Below, in pieces: positions 37,630 through 46,889 of a stretch of 64,000 bases of DNA. How positions within the stretch are numbered: the stretch's first letter is position 1; each line of letters opens with the position of its first letter. The position numbers were made by a program, and so were the translations under genes. The notes beneath the pieces were generated by a model. It did no database searches. It was not told where the DNA came from and saw only the letters and a program-made list of their open reading frames with translations. This DNA comes from an uncultured Candidatus Saccharibacteria bacterium (GTDB lineage Bacteria > Patescibacteriota > Minisyncoccia > Phycocordibacterales > UBA918). The stretch covers positions 271,672 through 335,671 of the forward strand of contig CAYNQD010000001.1 of NCBI GenBank assembly GCA_964399295.1. Reading direction: 5' to 3'.

Positions 37630-38850
37630 CTACTTTTCTGAATTGACCATTTCGTCGTAAGCCTCACCATATAGCTGCACTCTGATATTATTCTTATTTA
37701 AATAATTCAACAAAAAAGTAAAATCATCATTTCTGTATTCAACATCCAAAAGCGGACTTTCCTTAAAATCATGCCAAACCAAAATCAACCATGACTTATC
37801 TTTTACTGCCTGATCAACCGCTTCCACCACCTCTACCAAAGGAGTGGAGGACGATATGGTTATGGCGTTAATATACGAGGAATTTATTTTGGTGGTTGGT
37901 TGTGAAAAACCGTCTATGGTTCGAGCTGATACAAAATACTCAAGAACCTGACTCCTGACCGACAGATTATATCCACCATTAGGATAAGCAAAATGTTCTC
38001 GCCCCTTATAGCCACGCTCTTTGAGATATAGATGTATAGCGGCCAATTGCGTATCCGCGTCCGACGGCAAAAGCCCTATTAAATTATCTTTACCATGACC
38101 GCCAATCTCCCAACCCATCCCAGCCAAAGCGTCTACTTCAGCTTGTGTTAGGTAATTTTCCCGCCCTAAAAACTCCGGAATAATAAAAGCTGTACCGTCA
38201 TAATCATACCGATCCATGACCTTGGCCACTTCCATTACCGAAGCAAAACCGTCATCAAAAGTCAGCGACACTACCGCTTGCGCCTGCGCCGGCTTAGCGT
38301 GGAAAGTAAGGTCATTAAACCACACTCTGGTAGATACTCCGGTTTTTGGTATTACTCTCACCGCCACAGTGTTGATATTTGTCCAATCCGGACTGCCTTC
38401 AGCCAGCTGAAAAACAGATGGTTCAACAGATACATTGATCCACTCTTTCGCTGCCGGATAAGCAAAGTAATTCTTCAAATTAAAGCTAAAATAATTTTCC
38501 AGGCCGCTATCTGAAGCTAAAATCACCATCACTCTTTCGACATCTTCCCAGTTATAAGCTTGCACGGAAAAACTTATAGTACTGCTTGTCAAATCCTTGG
38601 GCTCAAAAGAGGCTTTGGCTCCGTACCAGCCGCCATCAGCGCCGGTTGATATTCTGATGGAATTATCCAGCACAGAGTCCAGACCAAAACCGCCGCCATA
38701 ATAAGCTTCCCAAGCAAAACTTTCATCAACTGCGCTCATTACTTGAGGCTTTTCTTCCGACACTAATTTTGGTGAATCTGCCAACAAATTAAACCACAAA
38801 ATAAAAATAGTGGCTCCTGCTATTGCTAAAAAGATAATTTTATCCATCAT
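37630..38850 (-). CDS. polysaccharide deacetylase (NodB-homology/CE4) with N-terminal TM and non-catalytic N-terminal domain
   Basis: CE4 motifs VVSLTFDDGFASV (TFDDG), His-containing WEIGGHG, and ...FAYPNGGYN. Confidence 0.8.
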   Translation of the reverse strand: MMDKIIFLAIAGATIFILWFNLLADSPKLVSEEKPQVMSAVDESFAWEAYYGGGFGLDSVLDNSIRISTGADGGWYGAKASFEPKDLTSSTISFSVQAYNWEDVERVMVILASDSGLENYFSFNLKNYFAYPAAKEWINVSVEPSVFQLAEGSPDWTNINTVAVRVIPKTGVSTRVWFNDLTFHAKPAQAQAVVSLTFDDGFASVMEVAKVMDRYDYDGTAFIIPEFLGRENYLTQAEVDALAGMGWEIGGHGKDNLIGLLPSDADTQLAAIHLYLKERGYKGREHFAYPNGGYNLSVRSQVLEYFVSARTIDGFSQPTTKINSSYINAITISSSTPLVEVVEAVDQAVKDKSWLILVWHDFKESPLLDVEYRNDDFTFLLNYLNKNNIRVQLYGEAYDEMVNSEK

Positions 38851-38864
38851 AAATATTATTTAAA

Positions 38865-40403
38865 TTACGTTTTAATTAAACCAACTCCCTTTCTCTCCCA
38901 TTTTTGCCAGGTCACTTTTTGCTTCAAGACAAAACTTTTAACTGATTTTACCAAGGCCCAAGCCTCCACGTAGGTAGCCACATAGAAGAGAAGCCAGCCG
39001 ATTGGAGCCAAAATGATAAAAGACACCCGACGGGTGCTTTCTTCATAAAACAAGATTTGTACGACAAACATCAAACCAACCACCAAAACTCCGGTTAAAT
39101 ACGACGAAAAATCAGTATTAACAAAAGAAAATACATACAAAAAGATCAAAAAGGGTATTTCTAACAATAAGTGAAACTCCTGCAATATAGCCAAAGGCAT
39201 AATAATCCAAGTCAAAACTTTATTATGGTGTTTTTTAGTACTAAAAAACAAATGCCGATGTTGGTAAAAAGTCTGAAATCGTCCCAATTTCCAGCGCAAT
39301 CGCTGTTTTTTCAACGAAGCCAAGTCGCTGGCGCCTTCAGTATAGACAACCGCGTCGTTTACATACTCTATCTTCAGGCCAGCATCCTGAATCCGCACTG
39401 TGAGTTCGATATCTTCCGTTATATTATCTTCCCGATAACCGCCCAGTTTTTCAAAAACCTCTCGCCTAAAAGCTCCGGCCGCGCCGCCAATAATATATAT
39501 GCTACCCAGAAGCGCATCCACACGCTTAAAATAAAAAGAAAACAAAAACTCCAGATACTGAACAATCCCAACCGTACTGTCACTGTTGCCAATTTTTACA
39601 TTTCCGACCGCGGCCATGACAGAAGCATCCTTAAAAACCCTAACGAACTCCCCCACCGCCCGACTATCCACCACGCAATCAGCGTCGATTGATAAAATAA
39701 TATCTCCTTTCGCTAAGGAAATCGCTTTATTTAAAGCCCCGCCTTTGCCGGTGTTGTTTTGATATACATATCTAATAGCAATATCTATTTGCTCCTGACC
39801 TTGATATTTACGTAAAAATGCGCGCATTTGTTCATCAGAATCATCAGTTGAACCGTCATTTACAACGATAATTTCAATTTCGCGATACTCACTATCGAGA
39901 ATAGATTTGATTGTATTTATAACACCTACTCCCTCGTTCCAAGCTGGAATCATTATGGAAACTAAAGGTTTATAAACCACATCATCAAAATATAATTTAT
40001 GACGCAATTTCAATCTTATATCATGCCACGGCCCGATGAGCATAAAAAGCGTGTATTTGGTGAGTAAAATCGAAGCAAATATTATAATTATGTTGCGTAT
40101 GAACGATGCTTCAAAAACTACTTTGGTCTCCACAAAAAATGGTGTGACGAGTACACTAATAGTCACGATGTACATCATCAAGTAAACAAAAAACTCACTG
40201 ATTCTTGTATTCTCCAAGTTAAACATTTCTAAAACAAACTTTCTTAGTATATTCGCGTAAATAATTAGCGCCATCGCTCCAAAAACCACTATAAATATTA
40301 GATTTTCCAGGAAGGAAATCACAAAAACCATGAACACGACATATATAACAGAAAATAACGCGGCATTAAACAAAGTGACGTTATTTATAATTATTTTCTT
40401 CAT
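38865..40403 (-). CDS. processive family-2 glycosyltransferase, membrane-embedded (PgaC/IcaA/NodC/cellulose-synthase-like)
   Basis: GT-A motifs VVNDGSTDDS, SIDADCVV (DxD), TEDIELT, and QRLRW (the Q-x-x-R-W of processive beta-glycosyltransferases). Multiple TM helices at both ends. Confidence 0.8.
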   Translation of the reverse strand: MKKIIINNVTLFNAALFSVIYVVFMVFVISFLENLIFIVVFGAMALIIYANILRKFVLEMFNLENTRISEFFVYLMMYIVTISVLVTPFFVETKVVFEASFIRNIIIIFASILLTKYTLFMLIGPWHDIRLKLRHKLYFDDVVYKPLVSIMIPAWNEGVGVINTIKSILDSEYREIEIIVVNDGSTDDSDEQMRAFLRKYQGQEQIDIAIRYVYQNNTGKGGALNKAISLAKGDIILSIDADCVVDSRAVGEFVRVFKDASVMAAVGNVKIGNSDSTVGIVQYLEFLFSFYFKRVDALLGSIYIIGGAAGAFRREVFEKLGGYREDNITEDIELTVRIQDAGLKIEYVNDAVVYTEGASDLASLKKQRLRWKLGRFQTFYQHRHLFFSTKKHHNKVLTWIIMPLAILQEFHLLLEIPFLIFLYVFSFVNTDFSSYLTGVLVVGLMFVVQILFYEESTRRVSFIILAPIGWLLFYVATYVEAWALVKSVKSFVLKQKVTWQKWERKGVGLIKT

Positions 40404-40485
40404 AGGAGTTAAGCACTCTATACCACATTTTATGAAAAAAATCCATTAAGCTTTTCGGAAGCAGCAACTGGATAGTTGTGAAGAT

Positions 40486-41619
40486 TTAGTATTTATTTGT
40501 TGGCAACTTATTTCCGCCTAGATGCCAAATGGATATTTTGTTTATGCCGGCTTGGCGGACGGTTTCAATTTTTCGATTAAGACTTTCGGTGTCTTGAACA
40601 ACCAAAACATCATTACCGTTTCTGGCTATCAACTCTCCAGAAGTTGTGTCTCTGCCCACTTTTGCAAATAGTGGATTTTTAAGAGCCTGCTCATAAGTGA
40701 GAATGTTCATTCTGTTGGCACCGATATCACCCGCGTAGCCATAGCTAGGCAAGCCAATCACAATCTTATTATCATCATTTACCTGCCCACGAGTGTAATT
40801 CACCACCTCGGTTAGCCACCCCAAAGGAGCGACCGGATTGCCAGCTCCGTGGTCAAACTGATAGTCATAAGCCATGATTACGATATAATCAACTGGCAAA
40901 TCATTAAAATCAGTTAATTTAAATTTATACCAGCCTTCTTCGGTTTTGTTGCTAACCGGCGGCAAATCAACCATCAGTTGCTTACCATTTTGATGGAGAG
41001 CTGTTCCTAGACGATTCACAAAATTTAAATACCGCTTTGTAGTTTCAGCCGACCAGCCGCCAAAATCCTCAAAATCAACCTCCACTCCGGTTAGTTTATT
41101 ATCTAGCACAAACTGTACCAGCTGCCTGGTATATTGACTGTTTAGCTCATCTTTTTGCAAAAACTTATCCATATCAACCTGATACGAGGAGGAAATTGTC
41201 ACAAATTGTTGCTTGGATAAATTACGAACTTTCACTATTTCCATTTCCGAATATCCGTTGCAACCATATAAATCCGTGGTCATTAGTTCTAAAATACCAC
41301 CATTTTTTATAATAAAATATTCCGGCTTGAGAACATCAAAACCATAAACCTGAGCCTCGTCCAAAGCTCCACAAGCCGGCGATCCAGGATAAAGCCACGC
41401 CATCATCAGTGAAGAATTGGTGTCGGAGGTCATATTATTTTCAGTTTTTATTTGCTCAAACTCATAGATAATTCTCTGCAATTCACCAACATCAGCATTT
41501 TGCGGCGTTTGATTATAAATCATCAGCCACGACAACAAAGACGCCAGAATCATCGCCAATCCGGAGCTATACAAGGTAATATCTTTATTTTTAATCGTAA
41601 TTTTTCCTATAAGTCCCAT
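40486..41619 (-). CDS. glycoside hydrolase family 18-like protein, TM-anchored
   Basis: GH18 signatures [12 protein letters not shown] (variant of the DGxDxDWE catalytic motif retaining D-x-E) and [13 protein letters not shown] (MxYD motif). Confidence 0.7.
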   Translation of the reverse strand: MGLIGKITIKNKDITLYSSGLAMILASLLSWLMIYNQTPQNADVGELQRIIYEFEQIKTENNMTSDTNSSLMMAWLYPGSPACGALDEAQVYGFDVLKPEYFIIKNGGILELMTTDLYGCNGYSEMEIVKVRNLSKQQFVTISSSYQVDMDKFLQKDELNSQYTRQLVQFVLDNKLTGVEVDFEDFGGWSAETTKRYLNFVNRLGTALHQNGKQLMVDLPPVSNKTEEGWYKFKLTDFNDLPVDYIVIMAYDYQFDHGAGNPVAPLGWLTEVVNYTRGQVNDDNKIVIGLPSYGYAGDIGANRMNILTYEQALKNPLFAKVGRDTTSGELIARNGNDVLVVQDTESLNRKIETVRQAGINKISIWHLGGNKLPTNKY

Positions 41620-42881
41620 ATTTTTGGGTCTTCTTCACCGTCAATTTTGAAGTAAGCGACGCCTTTCAGATTATATTTCTTGGCCAAATTATGCTTATCC
41701 TTCGCCGCCGACGCTTCCGAATAAGTAGCAAATCTAACCGTAACTTCTTGTTTTGTCAAGTTGGCAAACAACAAAGCTCTGGCGGCATTCTCAAAACCTT
41801 TGGGCGTACCAGCCGGCACCGGTAGAGCTGTTAGTACCCGATACGGGGAAGTATTGGGAAAGTAGGTAAACACGATCTCACCGCTCGTAGTGCGCCCACG
41901 CAGAGTACTGTATTCCTGAGACAACTCTCTAAACCGCGGCACATTTAAAGTAGCAACACGCTGATAGTCGCGATACCAGTCTGGAGCTACCTGCACGTCC
42001 CATACCCGACCGTAAGTGGGAATACCCAAATATACTTTATCAGCTGGAAAATCCCGCACTGCCAATTTGACAACTTTCTCTACCCAATCCTTGTCCGCTA
42101 CCGGCATGTAGGGTTGGCCGGTACGAGCGCTGTTTAGAGTCAAATCCGCCCGCTGTTGGTCGTAGGCCATTATTTCTATACGATCACAATGCTGGCCAAT
42201 TTCACTATAATCATTGGCATATTCAATCACCGCCGGCACGCTTCGCCACCTGTCTTCCGGTGGTGTCCTGGCTTCAATAGCGCAAGTCAGGAGCTTGTTG
42301 CCTAAAGCTTGATTTAGATCCCGCAAAAACTGGGAAAAATAATCTTTAGTGACGGCCAATTTTTGTTCATAATCAATGTTGATACCGTCATAACCATTAT
42401 TCTTGACCAAATTCACAATATCTTTAATATGAGCCTCACGCTGCTGGCTATTGCTCAATACCTGATGGATTTGTTCTCCTTCAAACCAAGCAATGGTGGG
42501 AATTATCTCTATTTTTTCTTTTTTAGCCAAGCTGAAAAAATTTTTCCACTCTCGACTGTTCAAATCCGTTTTGGTGATGATTTGGCCATTTTTATCAATT
42601 TCATAAACAAAAGGATAGATAGTGTCCAACTTTTTGATGTTTTTGGTAGCACTCTCCAAGCCCATTTTGTCCTGCCACCAGGGTATCCAGCCGGCGATTT
42701 TTAGACTGGAGGAACTGGTCTTGGTCTCTGCGGCTAAAGATATTGACGGGAAAAATAAAGAGCCAACCGCCAAAATAACGGCTAAAGCTCCCGCCATCGG
42801 CCGCTGAAAATGGGAAAAGCTAAGGGATTGGTGGGTTTGAGCAGGTAAAGACTTGGAGGCTCCAAAAAATACTGAAAACAT
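41607..42881 (-). CDS. glycoside hydrolase family 18-like protein, secreted or anchored
   Basis: [10 protein letters not shown] (DGxDxDxE-type catalytic motif with D-Y-E retained). (beta/alpha)8-like layout. N-terminal hydrophobic leader. Overlaps the next GH18 gene by 13 bp. Confidence 0.7.
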   Translation of the reverse strand: MFSVFFGASKSLPAQTHQSLSFSHFQRPMAGALAVILAVGSLFFPSISLAAETKTSSSSLKIAGWIPWWQDKMGLESATKNIKKLDTIYPFVYEIDKNGQIITKTDLNSREWKNFFSLAKKEKIEIIPTIAWFEGEQIHQVLSNSQQREAHIKDIVNLVKNNGYDGINIDYEQKLAVTKDYFSQFLRDLNQALGNKLLTCAIEARTPPEDRWRSVPAVIEYANDYSEIGQHCDRIEIMAYDQQRADLTLNSARTGQPYMPVADKDWVEKVVKLAVRDFPADKVYLGIPTYGRVWDVQVAPDWYRDYQRVATLNVPRFRELSQEYSTLRGRTTSGEIVFTYFPNTSPYRVLTALPVPAGTPKGFENAARALLFANLTKQEVTVRFATYSEASAAKDKHNLAKKYNLKGVAYFKIDGEEDPKIWDL

Positions 42882-42962
42882 AAAACGATTATCGCTAAAA
42901 ATTAAAGTTGGTTATATCACTGATGACGACCATCACCACCTCATCTTACAAGCAAAACAAAT

Positions 42963-44033
42963 CTACCGCACGCACACGTGTGAGATGTCTTGGAAACGGT
43001 GCTGGTATCTGTCTCCAATCTCAGTTGGCCCGGGAATGTATACGTGTCGCTCAATAGAAAAATTGCGGCGATTGTTGTCTAGTCTACCCACCAAAATCAC
43101 TTCCCTATACACATCATCCGCTCGCCAAATATTACTGCCGGAAACCTTATCCACCCACCTGGAAAATCCTCGCGGACACGTCAAATCTGGATTTTCCGGC
43201 TGTGGTGTTGGTTGTTCTACTTCTTCCGACTCCGGCGTTGGCACTTCCACTTCCTCCGGCACACAGTTATTTGATTCATCATATTCATAACCAACCGGAA
43301 TTTCCACCTGATTGCCTTCAATATTTGGACATAAGTCAATTACCGGATCCTCAACCGGCTGACAACTCTCGCCCACCACCTCATATCCAGCTGGAACGAT
43401 AATCTGCAAACCGTCCAAATTTGGACAGACATCAATCAGCTCTTCCGGCTGATAACAATTCCCTTCTTCATCAACCAAATACCCCACCGGCACTTCAGCT
43501 TGCGCGCCGTCAAGGTTGGCACAAACATCAATTACCGGTTCTTCCTCAACCTCAACCAAAGTACCGGTTAATTTAACCTCCGAAATATCAACCCGATCGC
43601 TACCCATGGCCGAATTGGCACTCACCGTTACAAACAAAACCAAATCTTCCACCTCAGCACTTTCCGGTAACAAAACACTCACATTTCCGATCTCCTCCGG
43701 CTGAGAACCAGCCAGGCCGATTATGGTTTCCAAAATATGACTCTCTCCGCCTACTGTAAAACCATAGGAAAAAGTATCCGGCGTTGCTCCACCGTCGAGC
43801 AAGGTAGAATCGTAAAAGAAAGAAAATACTAAATCAGTATGTTTTGAAGCGTCAATATTCCCCGAAGTAAAGGCTGAACCAATATGAACCCTATGCGTAA
43901 ACTGTTCAAATAATGTAGCCGCTGAAGCCTCAGCCGACCACCAAGGAGCCAACATCAATCCCATCATTAAAATAAAAGATAAAAACAAACTCACTCCCGC
44001 CCCAAAAATTGGTTTCAACTTGATGTTAAACAT
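42963..44033 (-). CDS. secreted protein with three tandem Cys-containing ~35-aa repeats and an acidic Pro/Glu-rich linker
   Basis: Signal peptide. Repeats DVCANLDGAQAEVPVGYLVDEEGNCYQPEE / DVCPNLDGLQIIVPAGYEVVGESCQPVE / DLCPNIEGNQVEIPVGYEYDESNNCVPEE. Then PTPESEEVEQPTPQPENP. Confidence 0.5.
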   Translation of the reverse strand: MFNIKLKPIFGAGVSLFLSFILMMGLMLAPWWSAEASAATLFEQFTHRVHIGSAFTSGNIDASKHTDLVFSFFYDSTLLDGGATPDTFSYGFTVGGESHILETIIGLAGSQPEEIGNVSVLLPESAEVEDLVLFVTVSANSAMGSDRVDISEVKLTGTLVEVEEEPVIDVCANLDGAQAEVPVGYLVDEEGNCYQPEELIDVCPNLDGLQIIVPAGYEVVGESCQPVEDPVIDLCPNIEGNQVEIPVGYEYDESNNCVPEEVEVPTPESEEVEQPTPQPENPDLTCPRGFSRWVDKVSGSNIWRADDVYREVILVGRLDNNRRNFSIERHVYIPGPTEIGDRYQHRFQDISHVCVR

Positions 44034-44109
44034 AATTTATAAACTTAAATTACTAAATGTCGTAATCAGAATATTTAAAATTATATGTTTATTCCAGACG
44101 TTTGAATAA

Positions 44110-44634
44110 TTATTTTTGGGGATAGAGATTTTTTTGGTGTTTTATTTTTTGTTCTTTTGTATCCTGTGATTCGTAAACCGACAGAGATTTCCCCAACCAT
44201 TCATCAAAAGCCAGTCCCACACCCACCAAATGCAAGACAGTGCCTCCAGCCAAACTAATAATCAAACTCGCTAAAATAATTTTCCAAGTCGGGTAACGAT
44301 GTCCACGCTTGGTGTAGCGAAGGACGCGAGCGGAAAATATCATAGCCAAAACAATAATGAAAAACCAAAGATAAGGCAAAACCTCAACCAAAAATGTAAA
44401 AATGCTCTCCTGAGTAGCGTCAAGGAATATATATCTATGAAAAGAAACCACAAATAAAGTTACCGCAATCGCAATTGCTCCCACCAAAGTCCCGACCAAC
44501 CACAGCCCCCACACCAAACCCTGCTGCAACAAAAACCGCGAACGAGGCCAAGGACAAACCTTATCCTGCTCAATTCTATCCATGACAATTTTCTTTAGCC
44601 GGTATTCGGAATTTTCCTTGTTCATATCGTTCAT
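44110..44634 (-). CDS. putative anti-sigma factor (membrane protein, 174 aa)
   Basis: 4-bp overlap with the upstream ECF sigma gene. Short cytoplasmic N-terminus, then 3-4 TM helices. Confidence 0.45.
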   Translation of the reverse strand: MNDMNKENSEYRLKKIVMDRIEQDKVCPWPRSRFLLQQGLVWGLWLVGTLVGAIAIAVTLFVVSFHRYIFLDATQESIFTFLVEVLPYLWFFIIVLAMIFSARVLRYTKRGHRYPTWKIILASLIISLAGGTVLHLVGVGLAFDEWLGKSLSVYESQDTKEQKIKHQKNLYPQK

Positions 44635-45215
44635 ATACGTATTGAATCTTGATTTAGTGCATTATAAAGCTGTTTTTTGCCGCGGTAAATCAGCGTTCCC
44701 ACCGAACCAATGGGAATTTTGAGAATATCGGAAATTTCCTCATATTCTAAATGTTCAAAATAACGCAAGGTTAGCACCTCGCGATATTTTTCGTCTATAG
44801 TCAACAACGCTTGATTTAAAGCTCCAATATCAATATTTTTGTCAAAAATAATATCCGGCGCTTCTTCTGTTGAACTGATGAAGTCCAAGACCTCAGCACT
44901 GTCGGCAATCAAATGCCCTTCCGGGCGCACTTTGCGTTTGCGGTACCAACTAATCGCTTCGTTATGAGCAATTCTATATATCCAAGCCGAAAACGACATC
45001 GTCATGTCAAAACTGTTTAGATTTTTGTAGGCTTTAATAAAAATTTCCTGTAAAACATCCAGTTGGTCATCGAGATTTTTTACCCCCAAGCGGGCGATGT
45101 AGCGTTTTAATCTAGCCTCATAGCGCTCCACCACAAAACCAAACGAGCTAGGCTCGCGCAAAGTCATAGCGACAATTTCCCTGTCGGTCAACGCTGAAGA
45201 TTGATCTTGATCCAT
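44631..45215 (-). CDS. RNA polymerase sigma-70 factor, ECF subfamily
   Basis: Region 2 (LQEIFIKAYKNLNSFD...FSAWIYRIAHNEAISWYRKRK) and region 4 (LTLRYFEHLEYEEISDILKIPIGSVGTLIYRGKKQL). Confidence 0.85.
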   Translation of the reverse strand: MDQDQSSALTDREIVAMTLREPSSFGFVVERYEARLKRYIARLGVKNLDDQLDVLQEIFIKAYKNLNSFDMTMSFSAWIYRIAHNEAISWYRKRKVRPEGHLIADSAEVLDFISSTEEAPDIIFDKNIDIGALNQALLTIDEKYREVLTLRYFEHLEYEEISDILKIPIGSVGTLIYRGKKQLYNALNQDSIRI

Positions 45216-45264
45216 AAATCTCTACTCTATGGTGACACAAATAACCGAAAAATGAAAATGAAAA

Positions 45265-45296
45265 GGCCCGCTTGAATATAAATATCCAAGCGGGCC
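45265..45296. terminator. rho-independent terminator downstream of the PEP-CTERM gene
   Basis: ggcccgcttg-(12 nt loop)-caagcgggcc. On the minus-strand transcript it is followed by a U-rich tract (cttttcattttcatttttc). Confidence 0.45.
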
Positions 45297-45305
45297 CGTG
45301 TTACG

Positions 45306-45986
45306 TTACGCTAACGCTGTGCGTGGGCGCAATGGATTGTTTTTAGCTACAAAAAACAATCCAAAAGCGCCCAGCATGACCAAAAGCAATGTTCCCGGCT
45401 CGGGGACGTTGTTAGTTATTCCATTGCTTATATGGACGTTGTCAACGCCCAAAAAGCTTGAAAGAACCTCATCCCCGACATTCACTGAAAAAAACTTCAG
45501 CGCCATGTCCCCGGCAAGCGGAGCCAAAAAACTCTCCGCATGCCATCCGGTGAGACCAAAGTCTCCAACTGTCGCGACTTGCGACAACACATTGGACCAC
45601 ACTGGTACCCCTCCAATTAAAACTTCTAGAGCAAAGCTCGCGAAGTCATTGAAGGGAAGGTAGTCCCCGGCCTTAAAAAACCAGTCGAAGGAGAGAGTCT
45701 CTCCCATACTGATAAAAAAGGGCGACGACACCAATGTGGTGACATTCTGTCCGGCCTCAATGAGGGCAAAATACTTGCCCTCAGTTGCGAGCATCGTCAC
45801 GGGTGTGTTCACATTAAACGTGTGAAACTCCGTCACGACACTTGCGGCGGTCGGATTTCCAACGACGGCCCAACCGGATAAATCTCCGGTCTCAAACCCG
45901 CCGTTGATAGGAACAGCTTTGGCCGCTGTCGCGGAAAAAATCAACGACAGCGAAATTAGCATCAATGTCAGCGTTGCTTTTTTCAT
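45306..45986 (-). CDS. PEP-CTERM sorting-domain secreted protein
   Basis: Signal peptide. C-terminus NNVPEPGTLLLVMLGAFGLFFVAKNNPLRPR (PEP motif, TM helix, basic tail). N-terminal INGGFETGDLSGW motif. Local GC noticeably higher than surrounding genes. Confidence 0.6.
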   Translation of the reverse strand: MKKATLTLMLISLSLIFSATAAKAVPINGGFETGDLSGWAVVGNPTAASVVTEFHTFNVNTPVTMLATEGKYFALIEAGQNVTTLVSSPFFISMGETLSFDWFFKAGDYLPFNDFASFALEVLIGGVPVWSNVLSQVATVGDFGLTGWHAESFLAPLAGDMALKFFSVNVGDEVLSSFLGVDNVHISNGITNNVPEPGTLLLVMLGAFGLFFVAKNNPLRPRTALA

Positions 45987-46165
45987 AAAGCAACCTCCTT
46001 TTAAAAAATTTAAAAAAGAACTACTCGATTCCCGATTGACTTAAACCTCAAGACCGCTCAGGCCTGCCTAATGTATATTATATTTTTCTTTTGTCAATGG
46101 TTTTTTAAGACAATTTTTGGGACAAACGCTTGTAAATTTATTGTATTTGTTGCATAGTGTGAGAC

Positions 46166-46879
46166 ATGACTTTTCCCATGCGTTTAAATAAATATCTAGC
46201 CGACCAAAAAATCGCTTCCAGACGCGAAGCCGACCAGCTTATTTCCGACAAAAAAGTGTTGATCAATGGCCAAGTCGCCGTGCTAGGCCAGCAAGTACAA
46301 GCTGACGACAAAGTAGAAATAAAAGGCAAAACCAAAGATTTGCTTTATTTGGCTTATTACAAAGGCCGAGGCATCATCACGCACTCACCAGCTGGGTCCG
46401 AGGTGGATATTGCTACTCGCCTTAAACAAGATTATGGTTTAAAAAACATCAACCCTATCGGCCGCCTCGATAAAGACTCAGAAGGCTTGATGATTTTGAG
46501 CAACGACGGCCGTTTGACCGGCCCCCTGCTTGACCCAAAGCAAAACCATGAAAAAGAATACGAAGTGACCGTAGACAAAGCCGTCACTAAAAGTTTCCTA
46601 AAAATTATGGCTTTGGGAGTAAAGATTGAAGGCTATCAGACCAAGCCAGCCAAAGCCAAGCCACACCCAACCAACCAAAAACGCTTCAATCTCATAATCA
46701 CCGAAGGAAAAAAACACCAAATCCGCCGCATGTGCGCCGCCCTTGGCTACCAAGTGCAAAGCCTGAAGCGAGTGCGGATTATGAATATAAAGCTGGATCA
46801 GTTAAAGCCTAATCAATACCGGAAGATTACTGGTGAAGAAAAGCAGATTTTGTTTAAAGATTTGGGGTTTGGCTCTTAG
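46166..46879 (+). CDS. rRNA pseudouridine synthase (RsuA/RluB family)
   Basis: N-terminal S4 domain (RLNKYLADQKIASRREADQLI). Catalytic GRLDKDSEGLMILSNDG with conserved Asp. KEYEV and HQIRRM motifs. Confidence 0.85.
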   Translation: MTFPMRLNKYLADQKIASRREADQLISDKKVLINGQVAVLGQQVQADDKVEIKGKTKDLLYLAYYKGRGIITHSPAGSEVDIATRLKQDYGLKNINPIGRLDKDSEGLMILSNDGRLTGPLLDPKQNHEKEYEVTVDKAVTKSFLKIMALGVKIEGYQTKPAKAKPHPTNQKRFNLIITEGKKHQIRRMCAALGYQVQSLKRVRIMNIKLDQLKPNQYRKITGEEKQILFKDLGFGS

Positions 46880-46889
46880 TAGAGCTACT

